A DNA stretch of 48,163 bases, taken from Candidatus Xenobia bacterium. Its GTDB lineage: Bacteria > Vulcanimicrobiota > Xenobia > Xenobiales > QWHO01. The notes beneath the pieces were generated by a model, which was given only the letters and a program-made list of their open reading frames with translations, had not been told where the DNA came from and searched no databases. Positions within the stretch are counted from its first letter, which is position 1. Each line of letters starts with the position of its first letter. A program made the position numbers and the translations under genes. The DNA is taken from assembly GCA_045863235.1 (NCBI GenBank), contig BTUM01000061.1:1-48163 (forward strand), written 5' to 3'. This document shows positions 26,268 to 36,024 of the stretch, piece by piece.

Positions 26268-26675
26268 ATGCAACCTTCTGCCATCGCTGACGCCTGCGCC
26301 CTTCACCAGAGCGAGCTTGACCCTCTGCTCGAGAGCGTGCGGGGGGAGTTTGACCCCGAAAGCCGCACTGTGACCGTCTTCGTGGAGGCCGCCGAAGATG
26401 AGGAGGTGCACGAGCGGTTGCTCGAGATTTACTTCGACTTCAGTTTCTACCTCCCCATGGGTCCGCCCGAGGTCGAGTGCTACCGCATGGAGCTCTCCAC
26501 CAACCACGAAGGGGCACCTCGCCATCGCTACGTACTCGAGTCGGATGTCAGCCTGCTGCCCGACACCGGCGGAGCCACCCGCGAGCAGTGGACGGCCTTC
26601 GCGAGCCAGTTCCTGTGCACTCTCGACGGAACGCCCCAGGGCATTCCGATGCCCGACGACTTTCCAGACGACTGA
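26268..26675 (+). CDS. Hypothetical acidic protein (135 aa)
   Basis: ORF with GC-rich third positions filling the gap; start uncertain. Confidence 0.6.
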   Translation: MQPSAIADACALHQSELDPLLESVRGEFDPESRTVTVFVEAAEDEEVHERLLEIYFDFSFYLPMGPPEVECYRMELSTNHEGAPRHRYVLESDVSLLPDTGGATREQWTAFASQFLCTLDGTPQGIPMPDDFPDD

Positions 26676-26732
26676 AAGCTCAGGGCAAAACGCAAAGCGG
26701 GCCACCGCTTGACGGAGGCCTTCCGGGACCCA

Positions 26733-26792
26733 CAGAAAACACTTTGTGCTCGGCACTCGATGACTCGCTTGCCGAACACAAAGTGCTTTCTG
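26733..26792. repeat. 23-bp-arm inverted repeat
   Basis: CAGAAAACACTTTGTGCTCGGCA-N14-TGCCGAACACAAAGTGCTTTCTG, 2 mismatches. Confidence 0.85.
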
Positions 26793-26907
26793 GAGTGACT
26801 CGTTCTCGGGCGAAAGCCCAAGGCCTCTGGTTTTACACGCTACACGCGCTGGAACGCAGGTCCGGCGCGCTCCTCAGATTGATGTGCGTGACCAGAGGGC
26901 GAGCACA

Positions 26908-27090
26908 TCAGGCGTCTTCCAGTCCATCCTCGACACTTTGCAGGAACTGGTCCAGGTCGCGCGAGCGGATGCGCCACAAACGGCCCAGCTTCAAGCCTTT
27001 CAGCTTGCCCTGCCGAAGCCATTCCAGCACCGTCCGCTTCTTTACCTTGAGGCGTCGAGCCACCTCAACCGGGGTCATGATGTCGTCCAT
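26908..27090 (-). CDS. Excisionase-family (HTH_17) small DNA-binding protein
   Basis: MTPVEVARRLKVKKRTVLEWLRQGKLKGLKLGRLWRIRSRDL is a typical family signature. Confidence 0.88.
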   Translation of the reverse strand: MDDIMTPVEVARRLKVKKRTVLEWLRQGKLKGLKLGRLWRIRSRDLDQFLQSVEDGLEDA

Positions 27091-27182
27091 AAGGCTCGCT
27101 TTTCGCTTCAGTCCACAGGTTCCTGCGAAAGCCAGAGAGTTCCTTGCCGTGTTGAAGCTTGTTCTGAACGTACGCTCACTGT

Positions 27183-28613
27183 TTATGGCGGTTTCAGGTG
27201 CCTCTCCAGCCACGCCTGACCAAGCCTCAGCCTCAGCCCTGGCACCTCCAGGGGCCGACAGGTGATGAATCGAGCCCCCAGGCGGTCGGCCAGGAGGGCC
27301 CGCTGCGGATCCTCCCCGAGGAGCCCCAGGACCACCCGGTCAAGCTGCAGTGAGGTTGTCGGTTGCAGCTCCATTTGCTCCAGGTCGAGAGCCAGATAGC
27401 GTCCGGGGGAAAGGTCCCGCACGGCTTCCACGGCCTGGCCCAGACGGACGCCCTGGCGTTTCCACACCCCTGGCTCGGGGTGGGACATCAGAGCCAGGAT
27501 TCTCGGTTTTGTCAGCTGTGAGGCCAGACCGGCCAGCACGTCCAATTGCAGGGCGTAGAGGCCGGCTGGCTCGAGCAGGCGGATCACCAGCCGCCGATTG
27601 CCAAAGCTCGCTACCAGGGGCTCGAGGGTATGATGCAAGGCTGCCCTGGTGGGCCTCTTGCCGGCCAGCAGGCGCTTGAGACGCACGAATCCTCCCCGAG
27701 CGCCCAGATCCAGGCCCAACTCGGCCTCGGCCGGGGAGGTGACCTCTGCCAGCACGCGGGCGGCGGCCACCTGATCGGCCCACTCCAGCAATCGCTCCAT
27801 CCCGGGGGGCAGGAACTGGATGTGCCAGACAGGCAGGGCTCCGTCGTAGAGCCGATCACCTTCCAGGGTTACCAGGCCTTCTCTGGATGCTGGAGGCGAT
27901 GCGATCATGGAGGGAATCTTCCGGCGATGGAGCCATTCCTCGGCCGGGCCCGGTCCGGTCAGCAGGACGCCAGCGCACTCGCGCGCGACGTCCTGGCCAG
28001 CGAGCACCAGAATCTCTCGGCCCAGAGCACCGACCGCCAGGCCCCGGAACACTGAGGTGCCGCGAGCCAGCACCCGGGCCTGGCGGCGGCGCCGCGGGCT
28101 GAGCCGGGGCTGCACGAATCGGTCCAGGGCCGCCGGGCTCACTCTTGCCATCGCTTGCAGAGCGGAGAGCACCCGATCCTCCACCATCCAGACCAGGGTT
28201 TCACAGTGTTGCTCAAAGGTGCGGCGGGGGCGGACCAATCGAAGGATAGCACCCGACGAGGCATCCAGCTCCAGGGCCACTACGTCCATCAGGCGTCGCT
28301 CGAGAGAGCGCAAGAGCCCGGCAAAGGAACGGTCTTCAGGACCAAAGCGGCCTCCCACGGGGCGACTCTGCACCCAGCGCACCACCGTGTCTTGCTGGCA
28401 GAGGGCCCCGCCGGCCCGGAGAGAGAAGCGGTCCGCGAACGCGCGAAAGCCCTTCGGGCATTCCTCGGAGGGCTCCAGAAACCAGGTCGGGGCCACGGGC
28501 AGGCCCCGGCTCGCCGCCCAGCAAAGAAAGCGAGACTGGGGGCCCCGTCCGGCCGTGAGCGGGATCAGATCAGAGGGCCCCGCTGCAGAACCTGTGAAGC
28601 GCGGCGCAGCCAC
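27183..28613 (-). CDS. Highly diverged, shortened pyruvate phosphate dikinase-like protein (probable pseudoenzyme)
   Basis: Colinear PPDK landmarks GLPVAP, VLARG...GLAVG, LLEWAD, IRLLEP and FITCRPLEVPGLRLRLGQA. Start uncertain (GTG 28613; frame open to 28895). Confidence 0.65.
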   Translation of the reverse strand: MAAPRFTGSAAGPSDLIPLTAGRGPQSRFLCWAASRGLPVAPTWFLEPSEECPKGFRAFADRFSLRAGGALCQQDTVVRWVQSRPVGGRFGPEDRSFAGLLRSLERRLMDVVALELDASSGAILRLVRPRRTFEQHCETLVWMVEDRVLSALQAMARVSPAALDRFVQPRLSPRRRRQARVLARGTSVFRGLAVGALGREILVLAGQDVARECAGVLLTGPGPAEEWLHRRKIPSMIASPPASREGLVTLEGDRLYDGALPVWHIQFLPPGMERLLEWADQVAAARVLAEVTSPAEAELGLDLGARGGFVRLKRLLAGKRPTRAALHHTLEPLVASFGNRRLVIRLLEPAGLYALQLDVLAGLASQLTKPRILALMSHPEPGVWKRQGVRLGQAVEAVRDLSPGRYLALDLEQMELQPTTSLQLDRVVLGLLGEDPQRALLADRLGARFITCRPLEVPGLRLRLGQAWLERHLKPP

Positions 28614-29200
28614 TCGCGCGCGCTGCGACGGGCCATGTGTCGGTTCCAGGCGTCGGCCGAGGCCAGCGTCCAGCCCGTTTGGCGGCCGTAAAGCGCATAC
28701 TGGGTGGCCGGCCAGTGCTCGACCCCGTTCAGGCGCAACTGGCATGGTGGCTCGGCGATGGAGCGCGGGATCGAGACGGTGTGCGAGACCGCCAGGTCGG
28801 CCACCCAGGGCACGAACCGGGGCAACTCCTCGGGCATGGCATAGATCTTCAGGGCCCATGGCGGACGCCGCCGGTCGACCTCGGCCAGGTCCCATCCCAT
28901 GCGGTGTACGAAAGCATTGGACAGGCGCGAGAAACAGCGCGGCAGGTTGGCGGTGATGCGCAGGATCAGGGGCTCATCGGGCTCTCGCTCCCAGGGGATG
29001 GCGTAGGTGACAACCGACAGTCCGTTGATACGCTGGAATCCATCGAGCCAGTAGGCCACCAGCGAAGGGCATGTTTCCAGGCCCACATCGAGACTGCGAC
29101 CGGAAAGCTCGACCGAGAGCCTGGTCACAAACTCATGCTTGAGCTGATTGGCCGTATTACGCGCTTGCTCAAAAGTCATTTGAACGCGATTCGACTTCAT
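28565..29200 (-). CDS. Hypothetical protein (211 aa)
   Basis: ATG ORF with upstream AAAGGA; no recognised domain; likely operonic with the PPDK-like gene. Confidence 0.65.
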   Translation of the reverse strand: MKSNRVQMTFEQARNTANQLKHEFVTRLSVELSGRSLDVGLETCPSLVAYWLDGFQRINGLSVVTYAIPWEREPDEPLILRITANLPRCFSRLSNAFVHRMGWDLAEVDRRRPPWALKIYAMPEELPRFVPWVADLAVSHTVSIPRSIAEPPCQLRLNGVEHWPATQYALYGRQTGWTLASADAWNRHMARRSAREWLRRASQVLQRGPLI

Positions 29201-29265
29201 GATCGAAAATCCTTTCGATTATTCAATGGCAGGGGAAGGGGCCGAGGTGGCCCGAAACGAGCGGC

Positions 29266-31314
29266 GTGCTTTACGATCAACTCATTCCGCTTCTGCGCCA
29301 GAGTGGCTGGGCGGCCTTCGAGGCCGAAGTGCTGCAGACGAGTGAGCTGGGCCGCAGGCTCCGCTCCGAGCCGGACAACCTCGAAGAGGCCCGCCGCCTG
29401 GCCCTGGCTCTGCAGGTGCTGGCCACGGTACGCTATCTACCCCAGCGACCCCCGGCCGGGCAGGCCCTGGCTCCGGCCCTGGCGGCGCGGCTGGAGATGC
29501 ACGCTGGCAATCGGTCGGTGGCCGATTTCGTTACCATCCTGCGCGAGAGTCTGCTGGACCTGCGCGGGCAGTACTCCTACCTCTTGCTCCCGGTCAAGCG
29601 GCTGGCAGCCCGACTGAAGGCGGCGGGCGAGGACGCCGGCTGCGACCCCTTCGTGAAGGCGGTGCGCCAGGTGGCTCCCGAGAGCGCGCTGTGGCGCGGC
29701 TACCAGGAGACCCGGACCCGCCTCGAGGAGCGCGTCCAGGCGGCCGGGCTGCTCTTGCGTGAAGTGGCTCCCGACTCGTTGGAGGAGCTGCTGGCCCACA
29801 TCAGCTCGGTGATCAAGTCGGTGGAGCTGGCCTATGTGTGCGCCGGCCTGTTCGTGGACCCCTCGCCCCGCGACGCGCTGGGCGAGTTTCGACCGCTCGA
29901 GCGCGAGGACAATCAGCTCGATCGTCTCAACCGGGCCTACTATCGTCTGCGAGGGGCGGATATCTATGAGGACTTCGTCACGGCCGTCAGCCATGACAAG
30001 CTCCAGGCCCGAGCCGACGCCTATTGGTTTCGCAATGACCTGCGCCGCCTGCAGGCCAGCGACGGCCCGATCACGGTGCTGGAAGTGGGGGTCGGCGGTG
30101 GCCAGTACGCCGCCGACTTCCTGCAGGAGTGCCAGAGGCTGGGGGGAGAGTGGTCTTCCTTACCCTTCTATCAACGCCTGACCTATGTGATGGGGGACAT
30201 CTCGCCAGCCATGCTGCGTGACGCTCTGGAGCGATCAGGTCGCACTCAGAAAGTCGAGGTGGTCGGGCTGGACGAGCTGTCCAGCCGTGGGCCCTACGCC
30301 CTGCAGCGCTACAATGAGCTGTTCGATGACCTGCAGGAATGCTCCATCCTGTACGTCGATCCGGTCGGCCAGGTCCATCGGGCCGAGTTGTGCGGCACCT
30401 TCCCGGCCGGCCTGCTGCCCGAGGGCGTCAAGACGACTGATCTGGCCAGCTGGCTCGAGGAAGCCTGGCTCGAGCCGCTGGGCATGCTGGGGGTCGACCA
30501 GCTGGCGCTGATCGATTGGGAGGTGCGCTTTGTGCCCTGCCAGCTCTCCGAGTTGCCCGGGGGAGAGCTGCTCGACCCGGCCGAGTTGCCTCGCGATCAT
30601 CTGATCCCGCTCAATGGGGGCGGGGTGAGGTTCTTGCGGCAGGCCCTTGAGCGGGCGGGCCGCGGCAGCGTGCGCATCTTCGACTACGGCCTGGGAAGCT
30701 TGCAGGAATCGGCTGGCGACTATGCTCTGGCCAACCAGATCGTGCGTCGTTATGGCGCCTCGGCCACCCGGGACGTGCTCTTCCCTCTGCTCGAGCGGGT
30801 AGTGAAGGCGGTGGGACGCAAGGTGCGCCTGCTGCGCCTGGAGGAGTTCATCGCCGAGGCCATGGGCGAGGCTCCCCTGGCCTTTCGGTTCCTCATGGGG
30901 ATCGAGGGAGGCAACCTGGTCAGCCAGGTGGCCTCGGGACCGCAGTCCCCCTTCCCCCTCCAGGCTCTTCGCCACTATGAGCAGATCGCCGCCCTGGAAT
31001 GCTCGAGCTATCCTGACTGGATCGCCGAGCTCGAGCGGCGCGGTTGGGTCAGGCTCGGCCATCCCCCCTGCCAGGGTCCTGGCAGTCCGCTCGAACGCCT
31101 GGGCCTTGATCTCGACTTCGCCGTGAACTCGATCTTCCGAAGCCTGTGCGAGTCCATGCTTGCCAGCGATGTCACCTGGCTGACCGGGGCCCAGGCCAGA
31201 GCCGAGGTGAAGGTGCTCCTCGAGCGGGTGGGCTATCGCGGGGAGGCGGTGGAGCACGCTCTGCTCCACCCGAGCTGGGGCAAGTTCTGGGTGCTGGCGG
31301 TCGAAGCGGAGTAG
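29266..31314 (+). CDS. SAM-dependent methyltransferase-like protein (MidA/NDUFAF7-like core) with extensions
   Basis: VLEVGVGGGQYAADFL, YNELFDDL, IFDYG motifs. Confidence 0.7.
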   Translation: MLYDQLIPLLRQSGWAAFEAEVLQTSELGRRLRSEPDNLEEARRLALALQVLATVRYLPQRPPAGQALAPALAARLEMHAGNRSVADFVTILRESLLDLRGQYSYLLLPVKRLAARLKAAGEDAGCDPFVKAVRQVAPESALWRGYQETRTRLEERVQAAGLLLREVAPDSLEELLAHISSVIKSVELAYVCAGLFVDPSPRDALGEFRPLEREDNQLDRLNRAYYRLRGADIYEDFVTAVSHDKLQARADAYWFRNDLRRLQASDGPITVLEVGVGGGQYAADFLQECQRLGGEWSSLPFYQRLTYVMGDISPAMLRDALERSGRTQKVEVVGLDELSSRGPYALQRYNELFDDLQECSILYVDPVGQVHRAELCGTFPAGLLPEGVKTTDLASWLEEAWLEPLGMLGVDQLALIDWEVRFVPCQLSELPGGELLDPAELPRDHLIPLNGGGVRFLRQALERAGRGSVRIFDYGLGSLQESAGDYALANQIVRRYGASATRDVLFPLLERVVKAVGRKVRLLRLEEFIAEAMGEAPLAFRFLMGIEGGNLVSQVASGPQSPFPLQALRHYEQIAALECSSYPDWIAELERRGWVRLGHPPCQGPGSPLERLGLDLDFAVNSIFRSLCESMLASDVTWLTGAQARAEVKVLLERVGYRGEAVEHALLHPSWGKFWVLAVEAE

Positions 31315-31359
31315 GATCTTCGTCTCATGCGCGGAAACCAGGGGGAACGGGAGGTGCCG

Positions 31360-31566
31360 ATGCCGGATGATCTCGATCCCGCCCTCACAGAGCTATCCCA
31401 GCAGGCTGAGATTCCCGTGGAGCACCTGCGCGAGCTCCTGACCCGCCTCAAGGCGGGAGGAGAAGCCACTCCTGACGACCTGGCCCTGGTCATTTCAGCA
31501 CTGGGAGCGCAGCGCAACCTGCTTCAGACCCTGGTCGCCCTGACCCACCGCCGCAATTCGCCCTGA
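31360..31566 (+). CDS. Small hypothetical helical protein (68 aa)
   Basis: GGAGGT RBS before ATG 31360. Confidence 0.6.
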   Translation: MPDDLDPALTELSQQAEIPVEHLRELLTRLKAGGEATPDDLALVISALGAQRNLLQTLVALTHRRNSP

Positions 31567-31657
31567 TCTGCTGCAAAGGAGGAAAGTGGCGCCGCACAGA
31601 AGGAAGGGCCTTTGGCCGTCGTGCGAAGTCCGGCGGCAGACTCGAGACTAAAGTGAA

Positions 31658-31705
31658 GTGCTGAAGGTTTGGCGTGCCCCCGAAGGATCGGCAAACCTTG
31701 AGCAC
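31658..31705. repeat. 17-bp-arm inverted repeat upstream of the phosphatase operon
   Basis: GTGCTGAAGGTTTGGCG-N14-CGGCAAACCTTGAGCAC, 2 mismatches. Confidence 0.75.
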
Positions 31706-31735
31706 GTAACGCTCAACACATTAAACGGAGAGGGC

Positions 31736-32932
31736 ATGGAAGCAAAGGTGTCGGACGCTCAGGACCCACCCGCCGAGGAGGGCCTTGTCGGGGAGGAATC
31801 TGAGCCTGAAACAGAGGCTCCGGATGCCGCCGGGTCGTCATCAAAAGACGAATCCCCCGAAGAGGCCGCGGCCGCCCCTCCCGCGAGCAGCGAGTCGTCC
31901 CCCGTCGATCAGCGGACTCGAACCGTGGTGGCCATTGGCGACCTGCACGGCGATTACTTCCGTTTGCGCCGGCTGCTGATCGAGAACGACATCCTGCTGC
32001 CCGATACGGATGCCTGGAATCCTGAGGCCGACCGGGTCGATCTGATCCTGATCGGCGACTACGTAGACTGGCGCAAGGAGACCCTGGAGGGCCCCCGCGA
32101 GGAGTGGGTGGCCGGGGCCCGGCGTATTCTCGAGTTGCTCTTTTCGCTGCACAACGACGTCGAGCGGCTGCAGGCCAGCGACTCCGGCTTCGACAGCCGG
32201 GTCTACGCGCTGCTTGGAAACCATGACGACATGATGCTCGAGGCCCATCGGGTCTTCAAGTTCCTCGAGTATGAGCAGATGGAGAGCTTCCTCTCCAGCG
32301 TCGGCAGCCAGGCTCACGTCAAGCGGGCCATTCACGAGATGGGGCTGTCTCCGGCCAACGTCGAGCGCCTGCTCAAGTTCCTGAACTGGTACGTGCAGGG
32401 CGGCGAGGCCACCATCGACGGCTTCGAGGGCCTGAATCACTGGAAATCCGCCATGGATGGCGACCTGGGCGATTTCTTGCGCGACCACCTGCGCCTGGGC
32501 GTGGTGGTGAACCAGCGGCTCTACGCTCACACCGCCCCCGACCACCGCGAGTTCTGGCGACCCCTCGAGGAGATCGTGGACCTGCCTGAGTCTGCCTACC
32601 GCCAGGCCAAGGAAGCCTTCCTGTGGAGCCGCCGGGTGTGGGGTTACGACTACTATACCGGCACCCGCACCGCTCCGTTCACCGATGAGGAGCTTGATGA
32701 GATGCTGCGAGGCATCGGTGTGACCGGCCTGGTGGTGGGTCATACCCCGCTGACCCGGGAGGGCCGTCCGGTGGTGGCCTACGATGGGCGGGTGGTCAAC
32801 ATCGACCTGCACGGCTTCCCTGACAGCGCCGCCCTGGTGGAAGAGTACGTGCCGGCCGAGCCGGGCAACCGGGCCCCCCGTCGGATCGGTGATAGCCAGG
32901 CCGACGAGGCGGCCGACTCCGCCGAAACTTGA
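31736..32932 (+). CDS. Calcineurin-like metallophosphoesterase (PPP/Shewanella-like phosphatase type)
   Basis: GDLHG, GDYVD, LLGNHD, VVGHTP motifs; acidic low-complexity N-terminus. Confidence 0.88.
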   Translation: MEAKVSDAQDPPAEEGLVGEESEPETEAPDAAGSSSKDESPEEAAAAPPASSESSPVDQRTRTVVAIGDLHGDYFRLRRLLIENDILLPDTDAWNPEADRVDLILIGDYVDWRKETLEGPREEWVAGARRILELLFSLHNDVERLQASDSGFDSRVYALLGNHDDMMLEAHRVFKFLEYEQMESFLSSVGSQAHVKRAIHEMGLSPANVERLLKFLNWYVQGGEATIDGFEGLNHWKSAMDGDLGDFLRDHLRLGVVVNQRLYAHTAPDHREFWRPLEEIVDLPESAYRQAKEAFLWSRRVWGYDYYTGTRTAPFTDEELDEMLRGIGVTGLVVGHTPLTREGRPVVAYDGRVVNIDLHGFPDSAALVEEYVPAEPGNRAPRRIGDSQADEAADSAET

Positions 32933-33858
32933 CCGACGCCCAGGTCATCGGGCGCCGGCTCACCGAGAACATCGAACGGGTCATCCTGGGCAAGACTCGC
33001 GAGGTTCGGTTGGTGCTGGTAGCCCTGCTCTGCGAGGGCCACATCCTGGTGGAGGACGTGCCGGGTGTGGGCAAGACCATGATGAGCCGGGCGGTGGCTC
33101 GCTCGCTGGGCTGCTCGTTTGCCCGGGTGCAGTGCACCCCCGACCTGTTGCCCTCCGACCTCATCGGCGTCACCATCTACAACCAGAAGACCCAGGAGTT
33201 CGAGTTCCGGCCCGGGCCGCTGCATCACCAGATCCTGCTCGCCGACGAGATCAACCGGGCCACTCCCAAGACCCAGTCGGCCCTGCTCGAGGCCATGGAA
33301 GAGCGCCAGGTCACCGTGGACGGCCGCCTGCGCCCGTTGCCGCGCCCTTTCCTTGTGCTGGCCACTCAGAACCCCATCGAGTACGAGGGCACCTTCCCCC
33401 TGCCTGAGGCCCAGCTCGACCGCTTCCTGCTCCGCCTCAAGCTCGGCTATCCCAGCTTCGAAGCCGAAAACGACATGATCCTCAAGCAGAAGACGGCTCA
33501 CCCCATCGAGGACCTGCCCCAGGTGGTCACGGCCGAGGAGTTGACCGCGCTGCAGGCCCGGGCCCGTCAGGTGCACGTGGAGGATAGCCTGCGCGAGTAC
33601 ATCGTGCGCCTGGTGCAGCGCACGCGCGAGCAAGAGCGCCTCTTTCTGGGGGCCAGCCCGCGCGGCTCGCTGGCCCTGTATCGGGCGGCCCAGGCCATGG
33701 CGGTGCTGGACGGGCGCGAATTCGTGCTGGCCGACGACGTGCAGGAGCTGGTCCTGCCCACCCTGGGCCACCGCATGCTCGGCCGTGACGGCGCCGGCGG
33801 GCGCCAGGTGGACGAGGTGCTGCGCAGCCTGCTCGAGCAGGTGAAGGTGCCGGTCTAG
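32929..33858 (+). CDS. moxR: MoxR family AAA+ ATPase
   Basis: [46 protein letters not shown]. Confidence 0.95.
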   Translation: MTDAQVIGRRLTENIERVILGKTREVRLVLVALLCEGHILVEDVPGVGKTMMSRAVARSLGCSFARVQCTPDLLPSDLIGVTIYNQKTQEFEFRPGPLHHQILLADEINRATPKTQSALLEAMEERQVTVDGRLRPLPRPFLVLATQNPIEYEGTFPLPEAQLDRFLLRLKLGYPSFEAENDMILKQKTAHPIEDLPQVVTAEELTALQARARQVHVEDSLREYIVRLVQRTREQERLFLGASPRGSLALYRAAQAMAVLDGREFVLADDVQELVLPTLGHRMLGRDGAGGRQVDEVLRSLLEQVKVPV

Positions 33859-33875
33859 CCAAAGAGCGCCCGGCT

Positions 33876-35309
33876 ATGACCAGAGTTCGCTTCGCCCCCA
33901 GCCCGACCGGCTATCTCCATGTCGGCGGCCTGCGCACCGCCCTCTACAACTACCTGCTGGCCCGCAAGACGAAGGGCACCTTTCTGCTGCGCATCGAGGA
34001 TACCGACCAGAACCGGCTCGTCCCCGACGCCACCGAGAACATCCTGGATGCCTTGAGCTGGGCGGGCGTGTCGCCCGACGAAGGGGCCGGCAAGGGGGGG
34101 CCTCACGGCCCTTACATCCAGAGTGAGCGGCTGGAGACCTACCGCAACCACGCTGCCGAGCTGGTCGAGAAAGGCCACGCCTATCCCTGCTTTTGCACCC
34201 CGGCAGAGCTCGCCGCCCGGCGCGAGGAGCAGACCCGCCAGGGCCTGTCGAGCATGTACGACCGGCGCTGCCGGGCGCTTTCTCGCGACGAGGCTCGACA
34301 TCGCATCGAGGCGGGCGAGACCCACGTGATCCGGATGAAGATTCCCGACGAGCGCAGCCTGGTGGTGGACGACCTGGTGCGCGGCCCGGTCGAGTTCAGC
34401 TCGGCGGTGGTGGACGATCAGGTGCTGGTCAAGTCGGACGGCTTTCCCACCTATCACCTGGCGGCCGTGGTGGACGATCACCTGATGGAGATTACCCACG
34501 TCATCCGGGGCGAGGAGTGGCTCACCTCCACTCCCAAACACCTGCTGCTCTACGAATACTTCGGCTGGGAGCCGCCGCGCTTTGCCCACCTGCCGCTCAT
34601 CTTCAATCGTCAGAAGAAGAAGCTCTCCAAGCGAGACGGCGACGTGGCCGTGGAGGCCTACCGCGAGAAGGGCTACTTCCCCGAGGCCCTGGTCAATTTC
34701 CTGGCCCTCATCGGCTGGAGCCCTGGAGACGACCGCGAGTTCTTCACGCTGCCAGAGCTGGTGGAAGCCTTCTCGATCGAGCGGGTGAACAAGTCCTCGG
34801 GCGTGTTCGATCTGGACAAGCTGAACTACATCCAGCGCCATTACGTCAAGACGCTGCCCACCGAGACCCTGGTGGAGCGGGCCCTGCCCTGCTTTGAGAG
34901 CCCTCCCGAGCGGGCCTACCTGGGCCAGATCATCGACCTGATGCGCGAGCGGGTGACCTTCATGCAGGAGGTCCCGGCCCTGGGCTATTTCTACCAAGAT
35001 CCCGAGCAATATGACGAGAAGGTGCTCAAGAAGCGCTGGAAGGAGAGCTCTGCCGAGCTGATGACCACCTTCGCCCAGAGGCTCGAGGCTCTGAGCTCAT
35101 GGACGGTCGAGTCCACCGAGGGGTGCCTGCGGGCCCTGGCCGAGGAGCGCGAGCTCAACCCGGCCGAGCTGATCCACCCTACCCGGCTGGCCATCTCAGG
35201 AGTGGGCGCGGGGGCCGGCCTGTTCGAGACCATGGAGGTGCTGGGCCGGCCAGCCTGCGTGCGCCGTCTGCGCGCGGCCGCCGACCGCATCCAGCTTCCG
35301 GTGGCCTGA
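33876..35309 (+). CDS. gltX: Glutamate--tRNA ligase
   Basis: RFAPSPTGYLHVGG (HIGH), LRIEDTD, HVIRGEEW, KLSKR. Confidence 0.98.
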   Translation: MTRVRFAPSPTGYLHVGGLRTALYNYLLARKTKGTFLLRIEDTDQNRLVPDATENILDALSWAGVSPDEGAGKGGPHGPYIQSERLETYRNHAAELVEKGHAYPCFCTPAELAARREEQTRQGLSSMYDRRCRALSRDEARHRIEAGETHVIRMKIPDERSLVVDDLVRGPVEFSSAVVDDQVLVKSDGFPTYHLAAVVDDHLMEITHVIRGEEWLTSTPKHLLLYEYFGWEPPRFAHLPLIFNRQKKKLSKRDGDVAVEAYREKGYFPEALVNFLALIGWSPGDDREFFTLPELVEAFSIERVNKSSGVFDLDKLNYIQRHYVKTLPTETLVERALPCFESPPERAYLGQIIDLMRERVTFMQEVPALGYFYQDPEQYDEKVLKKRWKESSAELMTTFAQRLEALSSWTVESTEGCLRALAEERELNPAELIHPTRLAISGVGAGAGLFETMEVLGRPACVRRLRAAADRIQLPVA

Positions 35310-35310
35310 G

Positions 35311-36024
35311 ATGCGCCTGGCGCTGGACTTCGACGGGGTCTTCTGGGACAGCGTGGGCGAGTGTTACGTCACCGCCCGGCGGGCCTGGCGCGAGCTCCTC
35401 GGGGTGGATCCGCCCGAGTGCGAGAAAGCCTTTCGCAGCGGACGCTGGATGGTGCGGGTGGGGGCCGACTTCGGCAAGCTGCTGTCGCTGGCTGCCCGGG
35501 ACCCGCAGGCCGACCTCAGCGGCTATCCCCGACACGACTGGGAGGCGCTGCCCTTTCCCCAGGGCCCCGAGTTCGAGCGGCTCTTCTACCGCCAGCGCGA
35601 GCAGGCCCGCCAGGGCGACCCGGCCGGTTGGGCTGCCCTGCAGGGGCCTTATCCGTGTTTTCTGGAAGAGCTCCCCGCTCTGCACTCCCATTTCGGCCAG
35701 CCGGCCATCGCCACCACCAAGGATGCCGCCTCGGTGCGCCAGCTCATCGCTCCGCTGGGCCTGGATCTGGTGGTGCTGGGGCGCGAGCTCTCCACCGACA
35801 AGCGTGTCCAGATCCGGCATCTGGCCGCCGACTGGGGAGTGGAGCCGTCCGCCATCACCTTCCTGGATGATTTGCTCGACAACCTCCGGCCGGTTCAAGA
35901 GACCGGGGCCCGGGTGGCTCTCGCCGCCTGGGGCTACAACACCCCGGGCGAGCGCGAGCAGGCTCGGCGTGAGGGGATCCCCGTAGTGGAGCTGGGGGGC
36001 GTGGCCCGGGCCCTGTGCGGCTGA
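35311..36024 (+). CDS. HAD-superfamily hydrolase
   Basis: LALDFDGV motif I, ATTK, FLDDLLDNL, WGYN. Confidence 0.85.
   Translation: MRLALDFDGVFWDSVGECYVTARRAWRELLGVDPPECEKAFRSGRWMVRVGADFGKLLSLAARDPQADLSGYPRHDWEALPFPQGPEFERLFYRQREQARQGDPAGWAALQGPYPCFLEELPALHSHFGQPAIATTKDAASVRQLIAPLGLDLVVLGRELSTDKRVQIRHLAADWGVEPSAITFLDDLLDNLRPVQETGARVALAAWGYNTPGEREQARREGIPVVELGGVARALCG

Noticed and set aside
26908..27090. Prophage or ICE suggested by the excisionase-like gene
   Set aside because: No integrase, att-like repeats, tRNA target or phage genes nearby; HTH_17 proteins often stand alone.
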